A stretch of 64,000 bases of DNA, from positions 268 through 64,267 of the forward strand of contig JAEELI010000005.1 in the NCBI GenBank assembly GCA_016288795.1, given 5' to 3'. Shown piece after piece: positions 20,356-30,092 of this stretch. Made by a program: the position numbers and the translations under genes. How positions within the stretch are numbered: position 1 is the stretch's first letter; every line of letters starts with the position of its first letter. The notes under the pieces are model-generated. The model was not told the origin of the DNA, did no database searches, and saw nothing but the letters and a program-made list of their open reading frames with translations. This DNA is from Bacillales bacterium. Lineage in GTDB: Bacteria; Bacillota_I; Bacilli_A; RF39; UBA660.

Positions 20356-21353
20356 TATTTATCCTCTATTTTATCTATCATGTAGTTTAAAAGAGAAACA
20401 ACTCTTTCATATTCCATTCTCTTTGGACCAATAATAGCAATAGTTCCTTCTTCGCCACCCATCTTATAATTTCTTTTAATCACGGTTACATTGTCATCAA
20501 AATTAGAATCCTGACCAATATATATTTGTAATTCATCATTTCCATTAATTTCACTTAACATTTCTTTAAATGATTCATCCTCTAATTTATCAGCAATTCT
20601 TCTAATATCTTTTGATTCAACGTATTCTGGTTCTTTTAATAAATTAATTCTTCCAGATACATGCATATTTGTTCTATGAACTAAAAAATCATTAAATGCG
20701 TCATAGAAAATATTATAAACTGTTTCATAATCTTTTACTTTTTTGGCTATGATTGGTTTGATTTCAAATTCTAGTTTTTCAGATACCTTATTAATTGGCG
20801 TGCCAATTAACATTTTATTGATTATTTCACTAGATTTAATAATCTCGCCAACATTAGTTCCTTCCGGCAAGATAAATTGTTTATTTTCAACAACGCCTTT
20901 ATCTGTGCACACGATTGCTACTATTTTATTCGTATCTAAAGCAACTATATTTATTTGTTGTAATAAATTGTCAGAAGAATTCTTACCAAGAACTATAGAT
21001 GTATAGTTTGTTATATCACTAATTATCTCTAAACATTTAACTAATGCATCATTAACTTGTAAGTCTTTATTATTAACAATGGTTTGAAGCTTTAACATAT
21101 CTTCACCAGTTAAATCTTTTGCTTCCATTAAGTTTTCTACATAGTAACGATAACCTTTTTCCGAAGGCACTCTTCCACTAGAAATATGGTTCTTTTCTAT
21201 GTATCCCATATTCTCTAATATAGCCATTTCGTTTCTTATTGTAGCACTCGAACATTTTAATTTTTTACATAAAGATTTACTACCAACAGGCTTAACAGTC
21301 TTAACATAATTTTCTACTATTTCTTTTAATAATTCTTTTTTTCTGTCATCCAT
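20355..21353 (-). CDS. hrcA: heat-inducible transcription repressor HrcA
   Basis: First gene after the CIRCE elements. Winged-helix N-terminus (LLKEIVENYVKTVKPVGSKSL). 332 aa. Confidence 0.88.
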   Translation of the reverse strand: MDDRKKELLKEIVENYVKTVKPVGSKSLCKKLKCSSATIRNEMAILENMGYIEKNHISSGRVPSEKGYRYYVENLMEAKDLTGEDMLKLQTIVNNKDLQVNDALVKCLEIISDITNYTSIVLGKNSSDNLLQQINIVALDTNKIVAIVCTDKGVVENKQFILPEGTNVGEIIKSSEIINKMLIGTPINKVSEKLEFEIKPIIAKKVKDYETVYNIFYDAFNDFLVHRTNMHVSGRINLLKEPEYVESKDIRRIADKLEDESFKEMLSEINGNDELQIYIGQDSNFDDNVTVIKRNYKMGGEEGTIAIIGPKRMEYERVVSLLNYMIDKIEDK

Positions 21354-21371
21354 AAAACTATTTCACCACCT

Positions 21372-21398
21372 TTAGCACTCCTCTTTCTTTAATGCTAA
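21372..21398 (-). promoter_or_regulatory. CIRCE-like HrcA operator 2 (between the -10 box and the RBS of hrcA)
   Basis: TTAGCACTC-N9-TAATGCTAA, with 2 mismatches in the right arm versus the consensus TTAGCACTC-N9-GAGTGCTAA. Confidence 0.6.
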
Positions 21399-21402
21399 CC
21401 CC

Positions 21403-21431
21403 ATTATAATATTATGCTTAGCACTTGTCAA
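21403..21431 (-). promoter_or_regulatory. sigma-A-type promoter of the hrcA-grpE-dnaK operon
   Basis: Minus strand reads TTGACA (21431-21426), 17 nt, TATAAT (21408-21403), followed by CIRCE 2 and an AGGTGGTGA RBS. Confidence 0.7.
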
Positions 21432-21445
21432 GATATGAGTGCTAA
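21418..21445 (-). promoter_or_regulatory. CIRCE HrcA operator 1, overlapping the -35 of the hrcA promoter
   Basis: TTAGCACTT-gtcaagatat-GAGTGCTAA inverted repeat with a 10-nt spacer. The TTGACA -35 box sits inside the spacer. Confidence 0.75.
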
Positions 21446-21450
21446 TTTTA

Positions 21451-21488
21451 TTTTTTTTAGACAAAAAAAGAAGATATTAAATCTTCTT
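21451..21488 (-). terminator. terminator after the DUF1015-like gene, upstream of the hrcA promoter
   Basis: AAGAAGAT-attaa-ATCTTCTT hairpin (21468-21488), followed on the minus strand by TTTTTTTGTCTAAAAAAAA. Confidence 0.6.
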
Positions 21489-21497
21489 TATTTATAT

Positions 21498-22757
21498 TTA
21501 CTTAATTCTTCTAGCTTCAAGATAGAATCTTTTATCGTAACTATGTCCCATTGAGAAAGTCTTTCTTGGTAACGCACCATCAAGGATAACAGTTTTAAAT
21601 AAATCATCTTTACTCATTGCATCGAATATTATTCCAACATTACCATCTTTTTTGGCAAATTCCTTAGTAACCTCTTCTCCATGAATATAATCTATACTAC
21701 CACTGTGATCTTGTAAGTATTCATCTAAGAATATTTGAATAGAACCAACAGGGATATTAGATTTAGGATTCTCAATATATAAAACCTTATCTATATCTTT
21801 TGTTACTAATTCAAACTTTTGACCATGACCATCCTCATTAATATCATAATACTTATATAAACTATCAATTAAATCTTCAACATTAGTTTCAAATACAACA
21901 CGATGGATGGCTTCGAATTCTAAAGCTTCACTATGTAGGTTAACTAATTCAACTAAAGCATATCTTGCTGGATGATTTAAGTATTCTTCTTCACTCATAC
22001 TTTCTTTTAATTTTTCATAACAAGCTTTTGCTGTAGCAAGCGAATGATTACCATCACCCATGGCAAACAATAAAACTCCCTTATCACTAACACCATACTT
22101 TTTAGAAAAATTATCTGGATCAGCGAGATTTTCTAATCCTCTAATTATTTCATCAATAATCTCTTTTCCTAATTTATAACCTTTAATATGACCACCATTT
22201 TGCATCAAATCAAAATCGTATACAATATCATCATTAGTAACTTTAGTTTTTAAACTCTCAATTATACTCTTATTAGAATCATCAATTAATATCATAATAT
22301 GCGGTAATTCTAACAAAGCATTTTCTCTAACTTTAACTCTTGGTGGTATTCTTTCAATAACAGTTTTTTCTGTAGCTCTAATAAGGGTTTGAGAACCCTT
22401 TTCAAATGAATAATCTTCTAAATCAACTATTCCCATTAAACCTTCTCTAACTCTGCCATCCATTTGAGTTCTCTCTAAATATATCATTGAGTCTTTATAT
22501 TCAGAAAAAATATCATCTTTTAACATTTTTTCCATATTAAGATTAATATTTTTAATTCTTTCTTCTACATTACTATCATTTAAGTAAATTTCTGGAAGTG
22601 TAATATTTAAAGTTGATGGACTATCGCCAACAATCTTTTCAACTTCTTGCCAATATTCTGGTTCAGAAGTATATTGATCACATGCAACAACACTCCATTT
22701 GTGCATATCAATATTTTTTGGAATTAAAATATTCCCTGCCTTAAAAGGTATTTTCAT
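21498..22757 (-). CDS. conserved hypothetical protein, possibly DUF1015 family
   Basis: About 420 aa soluble protein with a GDGNHS motif. The start is probably the ATG at 22757 (MKIPFKAGNILIP), downstream of a GGAG. The family assignment is tentative. Confidence 0.5.
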   Translation of the reverse strand: MKIPFKAGNILIPKNIDMHKWSVVACDQYTSEPEYWQEVEKIVGDSPSTLNITLPEIYLNDSNVEERIKNINLNMEKMLKDDIFSEYKDSMIYLERTQMDGRVREGLMGIVDLEDYSFEKGSQTLIRATEKTVIERIPPRVKVRENALLELPHIMILIDDSNKSIIESLKTKVTNDDIVYDFDLMQNGGHIKGYKLGKEIIDEIIRGLENLADPDNFSKKYGVSDKGVLLFAMGDGNHSLATAKACYEKLKESMSEEEYLNHPARYALVELVNLHSEALEFEAIHRVVFETNVEDLIDSLYKYYDINEDGHGQKFELVTKDIDKVLYIENPKSNIPVGSIQIFLDEYLQDHSGSIDYIHGEEVTKEFAKKDGNVGIIFDAMSKDDLFKTVILDGALPRKTFSMGHSYDKRFYLEARRIK

Positions 22758-22858
22758 AAAAATCATCTCCAAACTTATTATCTTATAAAACGCCAAAAAT
22801 ATCAATCTACTACTATAGATTTGTTAAAAATTATGATATTATTAATATGGTGATGATT

Positions 22859-23941
22859 ATGTGTGAATCATATGTATACTTAAGAATATTATTAATAGTA
22901 GTTAATATATTTAAAATAGTATGTATAGTCGCTCCTCTACTAATAATAGTTATGGGAATAATCGATTTTTCCAAGGCAGTTACAAATAGTGGCGCAGATC
23001 TTGGTAAAGTAGTTGGAACATTTCTTAAAAGAGTTATAGCCGGAATAGTTATATTTATTCTTCCTTCTACTATATCAGCTTTATTTAATGGTATAGGTAA
23101 TTACAATTCAGATATTTTCTTTGTTTCTTGTAAGGATAATTTAGAAGATATTGATATATACAAAGAAGCTTATGAGAAAAGGAAAAGGGAACAATTAGCA
23201 GAAACAGAAAAAGAAATTGCTAAAGAAATAAAAAGAATTAGAAAAGAAGAAGAAAAAAGGAAATCTGAAGAAACTCCATATTTTATTAAAGGTAATAGCA
23301 ATAAAGTTAAACCAACCGTGGTTCCACCTCCTGATGATATTCCTTCAACTGGAGATAGAAGATATCCAACTATAACTCAAAGAAACTATGGTCATATAAA
23401 ATTTTGTGGTAACGGCAAAACCGTTAAGTCTTCTGGATGTGGTGCTATTGCATATGCTACTATAGCTTGGGCGTTTAATCCTAGCCTTTTCAGTTCAGAA
23501 GAAGATGCAATAGAAGATGTTGCAAATTATATGTGTAGCACATACCATAGTGGCGGAGCTTTAAGTGCTGCTGCTTACTCACCTACTGCTGCATTCGGAA
23601 AAGCCTTATCCGAAAGATATCACATCACTTCTAGTGGCAATTTACTTCACACTTCTGGATATACTAGATGGAATGATTCATGGGAACAATTAATATTAAA
23701 TAAAACTAACAATGGATATGGAGTAATAATACTAATATCTGGACATTATATAGTTGTTCATAGTTCTAGCCAATGTGGAAGCAATAAAGTATATGTTAAA
23801 TATGCTGGTGCCATAGAAAATAAAACATCTGATTCATGTTATACAATAAAGGGTTTGTATGATAAAACATACAATTATAGAAATAGATGTAATGAAGTTC
23901 ATAAATGCGGCTGGAATGGCGCTTGGGCATTTAGAGGTTAG
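22859..23941 (+). CDS. membrane-tethered protein with a C-terminal papain-fold (peptidase C39-like) domain
   Basis: Two N-terminal TM helices, a KE-rich coiled linker (KEAYEKRKREQLAETEKEIAKEIKRIRKEEEKRK), and a C-terminal domain with SSGCGAIAYATIAWAF (CG.A..A Cys motif) and GHYIVVHS (His motif). The start is the third ATG, which follows GGTGA. Confidence 0.55.
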   Translation: MCESYVYLRILLIVVNIFKIVCIVAPLLIIVMGIIDFSKAVTNSGADLGKVVGTFLKRVIAGIVIFILPSTISALFNGIGNYNSDIFFVSCKDNLEDIDIYKEAYEKRKREQLAETEKEIAKEIKRIRKEEEKRKSEETPYFIKGNSNKVKPTVVPPPDDIPSTGDRRYPTITQRNYGHIKFCGNGKTVKSSGCGAIAYATIAWAFNPSLFSSEEDAIEDVANYMCSTYHSGGALSAAAYSPTAAFGKALSERYHITSSGNLLHTSGYTRWNDSWEQLILNKTNNGYGVIILISGHYIVVHSSSQCGSNKVYVKYAGAIENKTSDSCYTIKGLYDKTYNYRNRCNEVHKCGWNGAWAFRG

Positions 23942-23953
23942 AAAGGATTTGTT

Positions 23954-24685
23954 ATGAAGAAAATTATATTTGGACTATTAATAATTCCTCTTATAGTAAT
24001 AAAAGCCTATGCTATTGAAATTTATGATGAAAATACTGTTTACTATAAACTAGATATTAATAAATCATTTAAAGAAAAAATAGTTATATCTTATCCTCAA
24101 ACAATAGAAGAAGATATTGAAGAATTAAGAGAAGATGAAGATTGGGCTCCAATGACAATGAGTGAAATGTTTTATTATGAAGACATTGAACCATTAATAA
24201 ATAATCATGACATCTTCTATGATAAAAAAATTGATAAAGGTTATCCAACAACAGTTACTTTAACATATGAATATTTAGATGATAATTTTGTCAATGGTTA
24301 CTTTATTAATAATTGCTTTGAAGAATATGAAGTAGCTAGTTTATCAAATGAATATTACATAGATTTATCAGGAAACTTTGAATGTTATAATGATAAACCT
24401 ATAAAAATAAGTGTCAAAACAAATTATGATGTAATTGAAACTACTGGTAATCATAAAAAAAATGAGATTACTTGGACAATTGATGATAACAATTATAAAA
24501 ATACAAACATATTTTTAAGATTAGCAAAAAATCAAGAAGATACAAGCTCTAATACAAAAACTAGCATAGTCTCTTCAATATTCAAAATGATTATTCCAAT
24601 AATAATTATTGTTCTATGTGTTGTATTACTAGTTAATAAAAATAAGTTAGTAGAATTTATAAATAAAAAAAGGAATCAATTCTAA
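23954..24685 (+). CDS. hypothetical type-I membrane or secreted protein
   Basis: Cleavable signal (LLIIPLIVIKAYA|IEIY) and a C-terminal TM anchor (MIIPIIIIVLCVVLLV). AAAGGA RBS. Probably co-transcribed with the upstream + strand gene. Confidence 0.55.
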   Translation: MKKIIFGLLIIPLIVIKAYAIEIYDENTVYYKLDINKSFKEKIVISYPQTIEEDIEELREDEDWAPMTMSEMFYYEDIEPLINNHDIFYDKKIDKGYPTTVTLTYEYLDDNFVNGYFINNCFEEYEVASLSNEYYIDLSGNFECYNDKPIKISVKTNYDVIETTGNHKKNEITWTIDDNNYKNTNIFLRLAKNQEDTSSNTKTSIVSSIFKMIIPIIIIVLCVVLLVNKNKLVEFINKKRNQF

Positions 24686-24695
24686 TGATTCCTTT

Positions 24696-25787
24696 TTAAA
24701 TTAACTTTAATAATATTTCATTCATTATGTAGAGTTTTTTAGGATTAATTCTAACATATCCATTTTCATAGATTAATTCTCCACTTTTTATTAATGGCTT
24801 GATTGGAAATTCATCTTGCATATTAATGTGATATTTATTATAAAACTCTTGCAAGTTTATTCCTTCAGTTTTTCTTAATCCTAACATTAATTCATATTCT
24901 CTAATACTCTTTTCACTTAATAAAACATCATCACTTTTAAACCCATCATTAATGTAACTAGTGATATTTTTTGTATTATCATATCTAACACCAGAAATAT
25001 ACCCAGAGGCTCCACAGCCAAAGCCATAATATTCTTGATTATTCCAATATACTAAATTATGTTTAGATTCATAGCCGGGCTTTGCAAAATTACTTATTTC
25101 ATAATGCTTATAATTATTTTTAGTCAATTTTTTGCATATGTATTCATACATTTCAAAATCTAATTCTTCGGGAATATTATTTATTTTTTTATATCCCAAA
25201 TAAGTATGATCTTCAATCATCAAACTATAAGTGCTTATGTGTTCTGGATCTAGATTTAATAAACATTTTAAATCTTTTCTTAATGTAATCATTTTTTCAT
25301 TAGGAAGTGCATATATTAAATCTAAGTTTATATTATTAAAACCCAATTTCCTAGCTAATTGCATCTTTTTCTTAGCATCCTCATAAGAACCTTTTCTATT
25401 CATAAATACTAAATTATCTTTATCAAACGATTCGATGCCAATGCTTAATCTATTTACATTAAATCTTTTTAATAAAACTAGTAAATCTTCCGTAATATCT
25501 TCTAAATTACATTCAAAAGTAAACTCTTCTAAATCTTTTTTATTTAATAGATTAGTTAACGCTAATAAATATTCAATTTCTTTCATTGAAAGACAGCTAG
25601 GAGTTCCTCCCCCAATATATATAGTTTTAATACTCTCTCCCATATATCTTTCTTGTATTTCTTCCTTTAATTTTTTTAAATATGAAACTGCCCATTCTTT
25701 ATTGTATAAAACTTTACAAAAGTCACAGTAAGTGCAGATTGAAGAACAAAAAGGAATATGTATGTAAACACTACTAATCTCATCCAT
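24696..25787 (-). CDS. hemW: radical SAM heme chaperone HemW (HemN-like)
   Basis: YIHIPFCSSICTYCDF radical-SAM CxxxCxxC motif with HemN-like architecture. 363 aa. Its position after lepA matches the B. subtilis lepA-hemN arrangement. Confidence 0.8.
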   Translation of the reverse strand: MDEISSVYIHIPFCSSICTYCDFCKVLYNKEWAVSYLKKLKEEIQERYMGESIKTIYIGGGTPSCLSMKEIEYLLALTNLLNKKDLEEFTFECNLEDITEDLLVLLKRFNVNRLSIGIESFDKDNLVFMNRKGSYEDAKKKMQLARKLGFNNINLDLIYALPNEKMITLRKDLKCLLNLDPEHISTYSLMIEDHTYLGYKKINNIPEELDFEMYEYICKKLTKNNYKHYEISNFAKPGYESKHNLVYWNNQEYYGFGCGASGYISGVRYDNTKNITSYINDGFKSDDVLLSEKSIREYELMLGLRKTEGINLQEFYNKYHINMQDEFPIKPLIKSGELIYENGYVRINPKKLYIMNEILLKLI

Positions 25788-25792
25788 TTTAA

Positions 25793-26731
25793 TTACCTTG
25801 TATAGCCATTATTATTCTTTGCGTATTGTGAATGATAATCTGCTAAAGCTGTATATAAAGTTCTAAGATCAGGTGTTAATAATACAGGCATTGCACTAGC
25901 ATTAGTATCTTGAGTTTTTCCTCTATCTTCATTTTCAAAATATTTTGTTACTTTTTTAGAATATTCAGATCTATTAGCGTTAAATAAATTACATACTCTA
26001 TCTTGGGTTAATGCATATTTAACTTGATTTTTAATCATTTCCTCTAAATCCTCAGGGCTAATTGCTTCTCTTCTCTCTGAATATGTTGAAGGATTTCTCC
26101 TTTTTATAATTTCTGCAGCCTTTTTATCAGAAATACTATCTTTTAAATACTTTCTAACTTCTTTATCCTTAGTTGCATAGTAATCACTTATCCAAGCAAT
26201 TATACCAGCCTTAGCAATTTCTTGGTCAGTAGTGTCATTATTATATAGATAATGCAAACTGCTATAATCGCTTCCTTTTGATGATAACTCTTTAACCAAT
26301 GCATCCTCATCAATTTTAAATAATTCTGCAATAGTAGCTGGTTTAGCTCTATAAGTTAACATTAGATGTCTTAAATAATAAAATTGCTTTTTTTCATCAC
26401 TTGCTAACCACTCAACTTTTAATTGTGGAACTGTTCCAATTTCCTCTCCGTTTGAACGACGTAAATTCATAACCGATCTTATTCCTCCTAATCTTTTTCC
26501 GTTCTCTAAATTCTCTTTTCTCTTTTTAATAATTTCATCATATAATTTTTCGCCACTATATGGAAATGCGGCATATATTCTTTCACGATCTGTTAATCTT
26601 CTTTGAACAGTTGAAGAAGATATACCTGTTCGATTAGATAATTCAATATCTGATTCATTGAATTCTAAAAACAAATTAACTAAAAGAATTGTCTCTTTAA
26701 TAATTCTTTCTTCTTGTTCACGACTAACCAT
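25793..26731 (-). CDS. hypothetical protein with an N-terminal SpoIIID-like HTH
   Basis: [20 protein letters not shown] resembles the SpoIIID/sigma-70 region-4 HTH. The likely ATG at 26731 (8-nt spacer after AAGGAG) overlaps the lepA stop, so the gene is translationally coupled. Confidence 0.5.
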   Translation of the reverse strand: MVSREQEERIIKETILLVNLFLEFNESDIELSNRTGISSSTVQRRLTDRERIYAAFPYSGEKLYDEIIKKRKENLENGKRLGGIRSVMNLRRSNGEEIGTVPQLKVEWLASDEKKQFYYLRHLMLTYRAKPATIAELFKIDEDALVKELSSKGSDYSSLHYLYNNDTTDQEIAKAGIIAWISDYYATKDKEVRKYLKDSISDKKAAEIIKRRNPSTYSERREAISPEDLEEMIKNQVKYALTQDRVCNLFNANRSEYSKKVTKYFENEDRGKTQDTNASAMPVLLTPDLRTLYTALADYHSQYAKNNNGYTR

Positions 26732-28526
26732 TTTCATCACTCCTTAATATACTTAAGAATGCTTCACTTGGAACTTCAACTCTTCCAACCATCTTCATTC
26801 TCTTTTTTCCTTCTTTTTGTGCCTCTAATAGTTTCCTTTTTCTAGAAACATCACCACCATAACATTTAGCAAGCACATTTTTTCGCATTGCTGAAACGTC
26901 TTCTCTGGCTATTATTTTCGAACCGACACTAGCTTGGATACTAACTTGAAACATTTGTCTCGGAATAACTTTTCTTAATTTTTCAGTAATACTTCTTCCT
27001 TTTTCATATGCTTCATCTTTATGAACTATTAATGATAATGCATCTACTTTTTCGCCATTTAGTAAAATATCCATTTTTACTAAGTTCGATTCTTTATAAC
27101 CTATTATATCATAATCAAAAGATGCATAGCCATTAGTTCTACTTTTTAGTTTATCATAAAAATCATAAACTATTTCCCCAAGGGGCAATTCATAATGGAT
27201 ATTAACTCTATCTTCATTAATATACTCTACCTCTTTATATATACCTCTTTTATTTTGACACAATTCCATAATTGCCCCAATGTATGATGCAGGAGCAATA
27301 ATATTAGTATAAATATATGGTTCCTTAATATATGATAATCTTTCTCTTGGAGGCATTTTATTTGGATTATCGACTAATTCCATTGTCCCATCAGTTAAAT
27401 ATGCTTCATATAAAACTGTTGGACTTGTAACAACAATATCCAAATTAAATTCTCTTTCCAATCTAGTTGTAATTATTTCTGAATGTAATAGTCCTAAAAA
27501 GCCAGTATGAAACCCAAAGCCTAAGGCCTCACTAGTTACAGGTTCAAATACTAAAGATGCATCATTTAATTTTAATTTATTTAAAGCATCTCTTAGGCCC
27601 TCATATTTATTTGATTCAATGGGATATATACCAGAATAAACCATCGGTTTCATTGGTTTATATCCTTCAAGGGGAATAGTTGCTTCATTATCTAAAATAG
27701 TTATTGTGTCTCCAACATGGACACTAGATATATCCTTAATGGCAGCACAAATAAATCCTACTTCCCCACTAGTTAATTCATCTAATAAAACTTCCTTAGG
27801 AGTTTTAACTCCCAACTCTATAACTTCAAATATCTTATCCGAATTAAACATTTTAATTTTATCTTTAATAGATATTTTACCATCTACAACTTTAACTAAT
27901 AATACTACTCCTTTATAACTATCAAAATAAGAATCATATATTAAAGCTCTAGTTGGTTTTTCCACATCTATTTTAGGAGCAGGTATTTTTTCAATTACTC
28001 TATCTAATAATTGTTGAACTCCTTCTCCAGTTTTACCACTGCAAAGAATTATATCTTCTTTTTTAAATCCTAATATACTTTCTAATTCCTTAGTTACCTT
28101 AGGAATATCCGCATTAGGTAAATCTATTTTATTAATTACAGGTATAATCTCTAATTCGTTTTCCATTGCTAAATATAAATTAGCTAAAGTTTGTGCTTCA
28201 ATGCCTTGAGCAGCATCAACAACAAGTATTGCACCTTCACAAGCCGCTAAGCTTCTTGAAACCTCATATGAAAAGTCAACATGACCCGGAGTATCTATTA
28301 AATTTAATATATAATCTTCACCATGATAATTATAATTAAGCTTAACCGTATTTAATTTAATGGTTATTCCTCTTTCTCTTTCGATATCCATATTGTCTAA
28401 TAGTTGCTCTTTCATTTCTCTTTTTGAAACAGCTCCGGTTATTTCCAATATTCTATCTGCAAGAGTGCTTTTACCATGATCAATATGAGCGATTATAGAA
28501 AAATTTCGAATGTTATTTTCGTTCAT
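26724..28526 (-). CDS. lepA: elongation factor 4 (LepA)
   Basis: [26 protein letters not shown]1 motif, DTPGHVDF, and the LepA-specific C-terminal domain. The start was placed at the internal ATG at 28526. Confidence 0.92.
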   Translation of the reverse strand: MNENNIRNFSIIAHIDHGKSTLADRILEITGAVSKREMKEQLLDNMDIERERGITIKLNTVKLNYNYHGEDYILNLIDTPGHVDFSYEVSRSLAACEGAILVVDAAQGIEAQTLANLYLAMENELEIIPVINKIDLPNADIPKVTKELESILGFKKEDIILCSGKTGEGVQQLLDRVIEKIPAPKIDVEKPTRALIYDSYFDSYKGVVLLVKVVDGKISIKDKIKMFNSDKIFEVIELGVKTPKEVLLDELTSGEVGFICAAIKDISSVHVGDTITILDNEATIPLEGYKPMKPMVYSGIYPIESNKYEGLRDALNKLKLNDASLVFEPVTSEALGFGFHTGFLGLLHSEIITTRLEREFNLDIVVTSPTVLYEAYLTDGTMELVDNPNKMPPRERLSYIKEPYIYTNIIAPASYIGAIMELCQNKRGIYKEVEYINEDRVNIHYELPLGEIVYDFYDKLKSRTNGYASFDYDIIGYKESNLVKMDILLNGEKVDALSLIVHKDEAYEKGRSITEKLRKVIPRQMFQVSIQASVGSKIIAREDVSAMRKNVLAKCYGGDVSRKRKLLEAQKEGKKRMKMVGRVEVPSEAFLSILRSDENG

Positions 28527-28621
28527 ATAAAACACCATAGTAATAATACCATATATTAGCAAATATTAAAACTGAATGGACTAATTTTTACACTATCATA
28601 TCGAAATAAGCGCTTATCAAG

Positions 28622-28660
28622 TTGACACTTTTTGACAAAAACGGCATTTTATGATATACT
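28622..28660 (+). promoter_or_regulatory. promoter of the 28686 hypothetical-def operon, with a duplicated -35 hexamer
   Basis: TTGACA at 28622-28627 and again at 28632-28637. The second is followed by 17 nt and TATACT (28655-28660), about 25 nt upstream of the GAGGGG RBS. Confidence 0.5.
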
Positions 28661-28685
28661 TTTAATAGCTTGAGAGGGGATGCGT

Positions 28686-29474
28686 ATGTATAGATTAAGT
28701 TTATATAATCCAAGAAATAATTCTTACAAAATAATTTCTGGGTGGGAATTACATGCATCAATGGGTTATTTTCCAGAAGAAGCTGCATATATTGGTGATT
28801 CCACTTTAAAAGATATTGTTAGTTTCACTTCTCTTTTTGAGAATGAATCAGACTTAAAAAACACTTTACTAGATGCTGGTTTTATATCTGAACAAGATTT
28901 AGATAGCAAATTTCTTATAATTAGAACTTCTAAAAATGGTAAAATTGTTAAAACTTTAAAAGAAGGTATATCTTACAAAAGAGATGCTCACCTATATGAC
29001 ATTAATGAATTAAAAAGACATGTTGTAGAAAGAATGGATAACCAAGAATTTATGACATCTTTTAGTTATAGTTTTTGTAATTACCTTAGAGATGTTAAAC
29101 ATATAAAAGACCAAGCAATATTTATCTATGACTATTATGTTAATAGAATAACTGAAACAAAAACTGAAGAAGAATTAGCTATTGAAATTAGGAGATTTAT
29201 TGATAAATATTGCACTAGAGAAAAATCTAAAGGTGTATATACAGAAGATTTTTATAAAGTTCGTCAAATGGCTATGTTTGTTGCTAAATATGAAGCTAGA
29301 GAAAGAGAACGTGAATTAAGGGAACAAAGAGGTCAAATTAATGATACTATTAAAGAAATTAAATATCTCGAAATGAGACTGGAATATTTAAAAGATCAAT
29401 TAGCACGTATTCCAAAATACTCTGAAGAATATCAAGCGTTTGAAAATGAAATAAATAGTATTATGAATAAATAG
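28686..29474 (+). CDS. hypothetical protein with a C-terminal coiled coil
   Basis: GAGGGG RBS with a 6-nt spacer before the second ATG. No motif recognised. It lies immediately upstream of def on the same strand. Confidence 0.5.
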   Translation: MYRLSLYNPRNNSYKIISGWELHASMGYFPEEAAYIGDSTLKDIVSFTSLFENESDLKNTLLDAGFISEQDLDSKFLIIRTSKNGKIVKTLKEGISYKRDAHLYDINELKRHVVERMDNQEFMTSFSYSFCNYLRDVKHIKDQAIFIYDYYVNRITETKTEEELAIEIRRFIDKYCTREKSKGVYTEDFYKVRQMAMFVAKYEARERERELREQRGQINDTIKEIKYLEMRLEYLKDQLARIPKYSEEYQAFENEINSIMNK

Positions 29475-29483
29475 GAGGAAAAA

Positions 29484-30035
29484 ATGAAGTTACCTAACAT
29501 TAACATTTTAGATGAAAAAGAAAAATTGCTTCATAAAAAAAGTAATGAGGTAACTTTTCCTTTATCTAAAGATGATAAAAAAAGAATTCAAGATATTATC
29601 GATTACTTAACTATGAGTCAAATTGAAGAATACTATAAAAAATATAATTTAAGACCAGGAATGGGGATGGCATTTGTTCAAACAGGTATTCCAAAAAATA
29701 TATTTATTATAGTTGAGGAATTGGAAGATGAAAATTTTAGAAACTATGTAATAATTAATCCCAAATTAATTAGTCATAGCGAAGAATTAATTTATGTTGG
29801 CGAAGGCGAAGGTTGCTTAAGCGTTAACCGTGAGGTTGAAGGAATAGTGCCAAGATATGCGAGAATTAAAATAGAATATCAAGATATTGATGGAAACAAA
29901 CAAACTATTAGAGTTCGTGAAGATATATCAGTAGCATTCCAACATGAAATGGATCACTTAAATGGAGTTTTATTTGTAGATAAAATTGATAAAAAGAATC
30001 CATTTAAAAATAAAGAAAAAATGAGAGAAATATAA
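29484..30035 (+). CDS. def: peptide deformylase
   Basis: GEGCLSV (EGCLS motif) and HEMDHLNG (HExxH motif). A G-M-G-M-A motif stands in place of the usual GIGLAA. 183 aa. Confidence 0.85.
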   Translation: MKLPNINILDEKEKLLHKKSNEVTFPLSKDDKKRIQDIIDYLTMSQIEEYYKKYNLRPGMGMAFVQTGIPKNIFIIVEELEDENFRNYVIINPKLISHSEELIYVGEGEGCLSVNREVEGIVPRYARIKIEYQDIDGNKQTIRVREDISVAFQHEMDHLNGVLFVDKIDKKNPFKNKEKMREI

Positions 30036-30061
30036 AATACGACTTAATGTCGTATTTTTTT
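30036..30061 (+). terminator. rho-independent terminator after def (bidirectional; also downstream of convergent TasA-like paralog 1)
   Basis: AATACGAC-ttaat-GTCGTATT hairpin followed by TTTTTTT on the + strand. On the minus strand the same hairpin is followed by a TTATATTT-type T-rich tract. Confidence 0.75.
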
Positions 30062-30092
30062 ATCATTTTTTATATTATTCGCTGATTACTTA

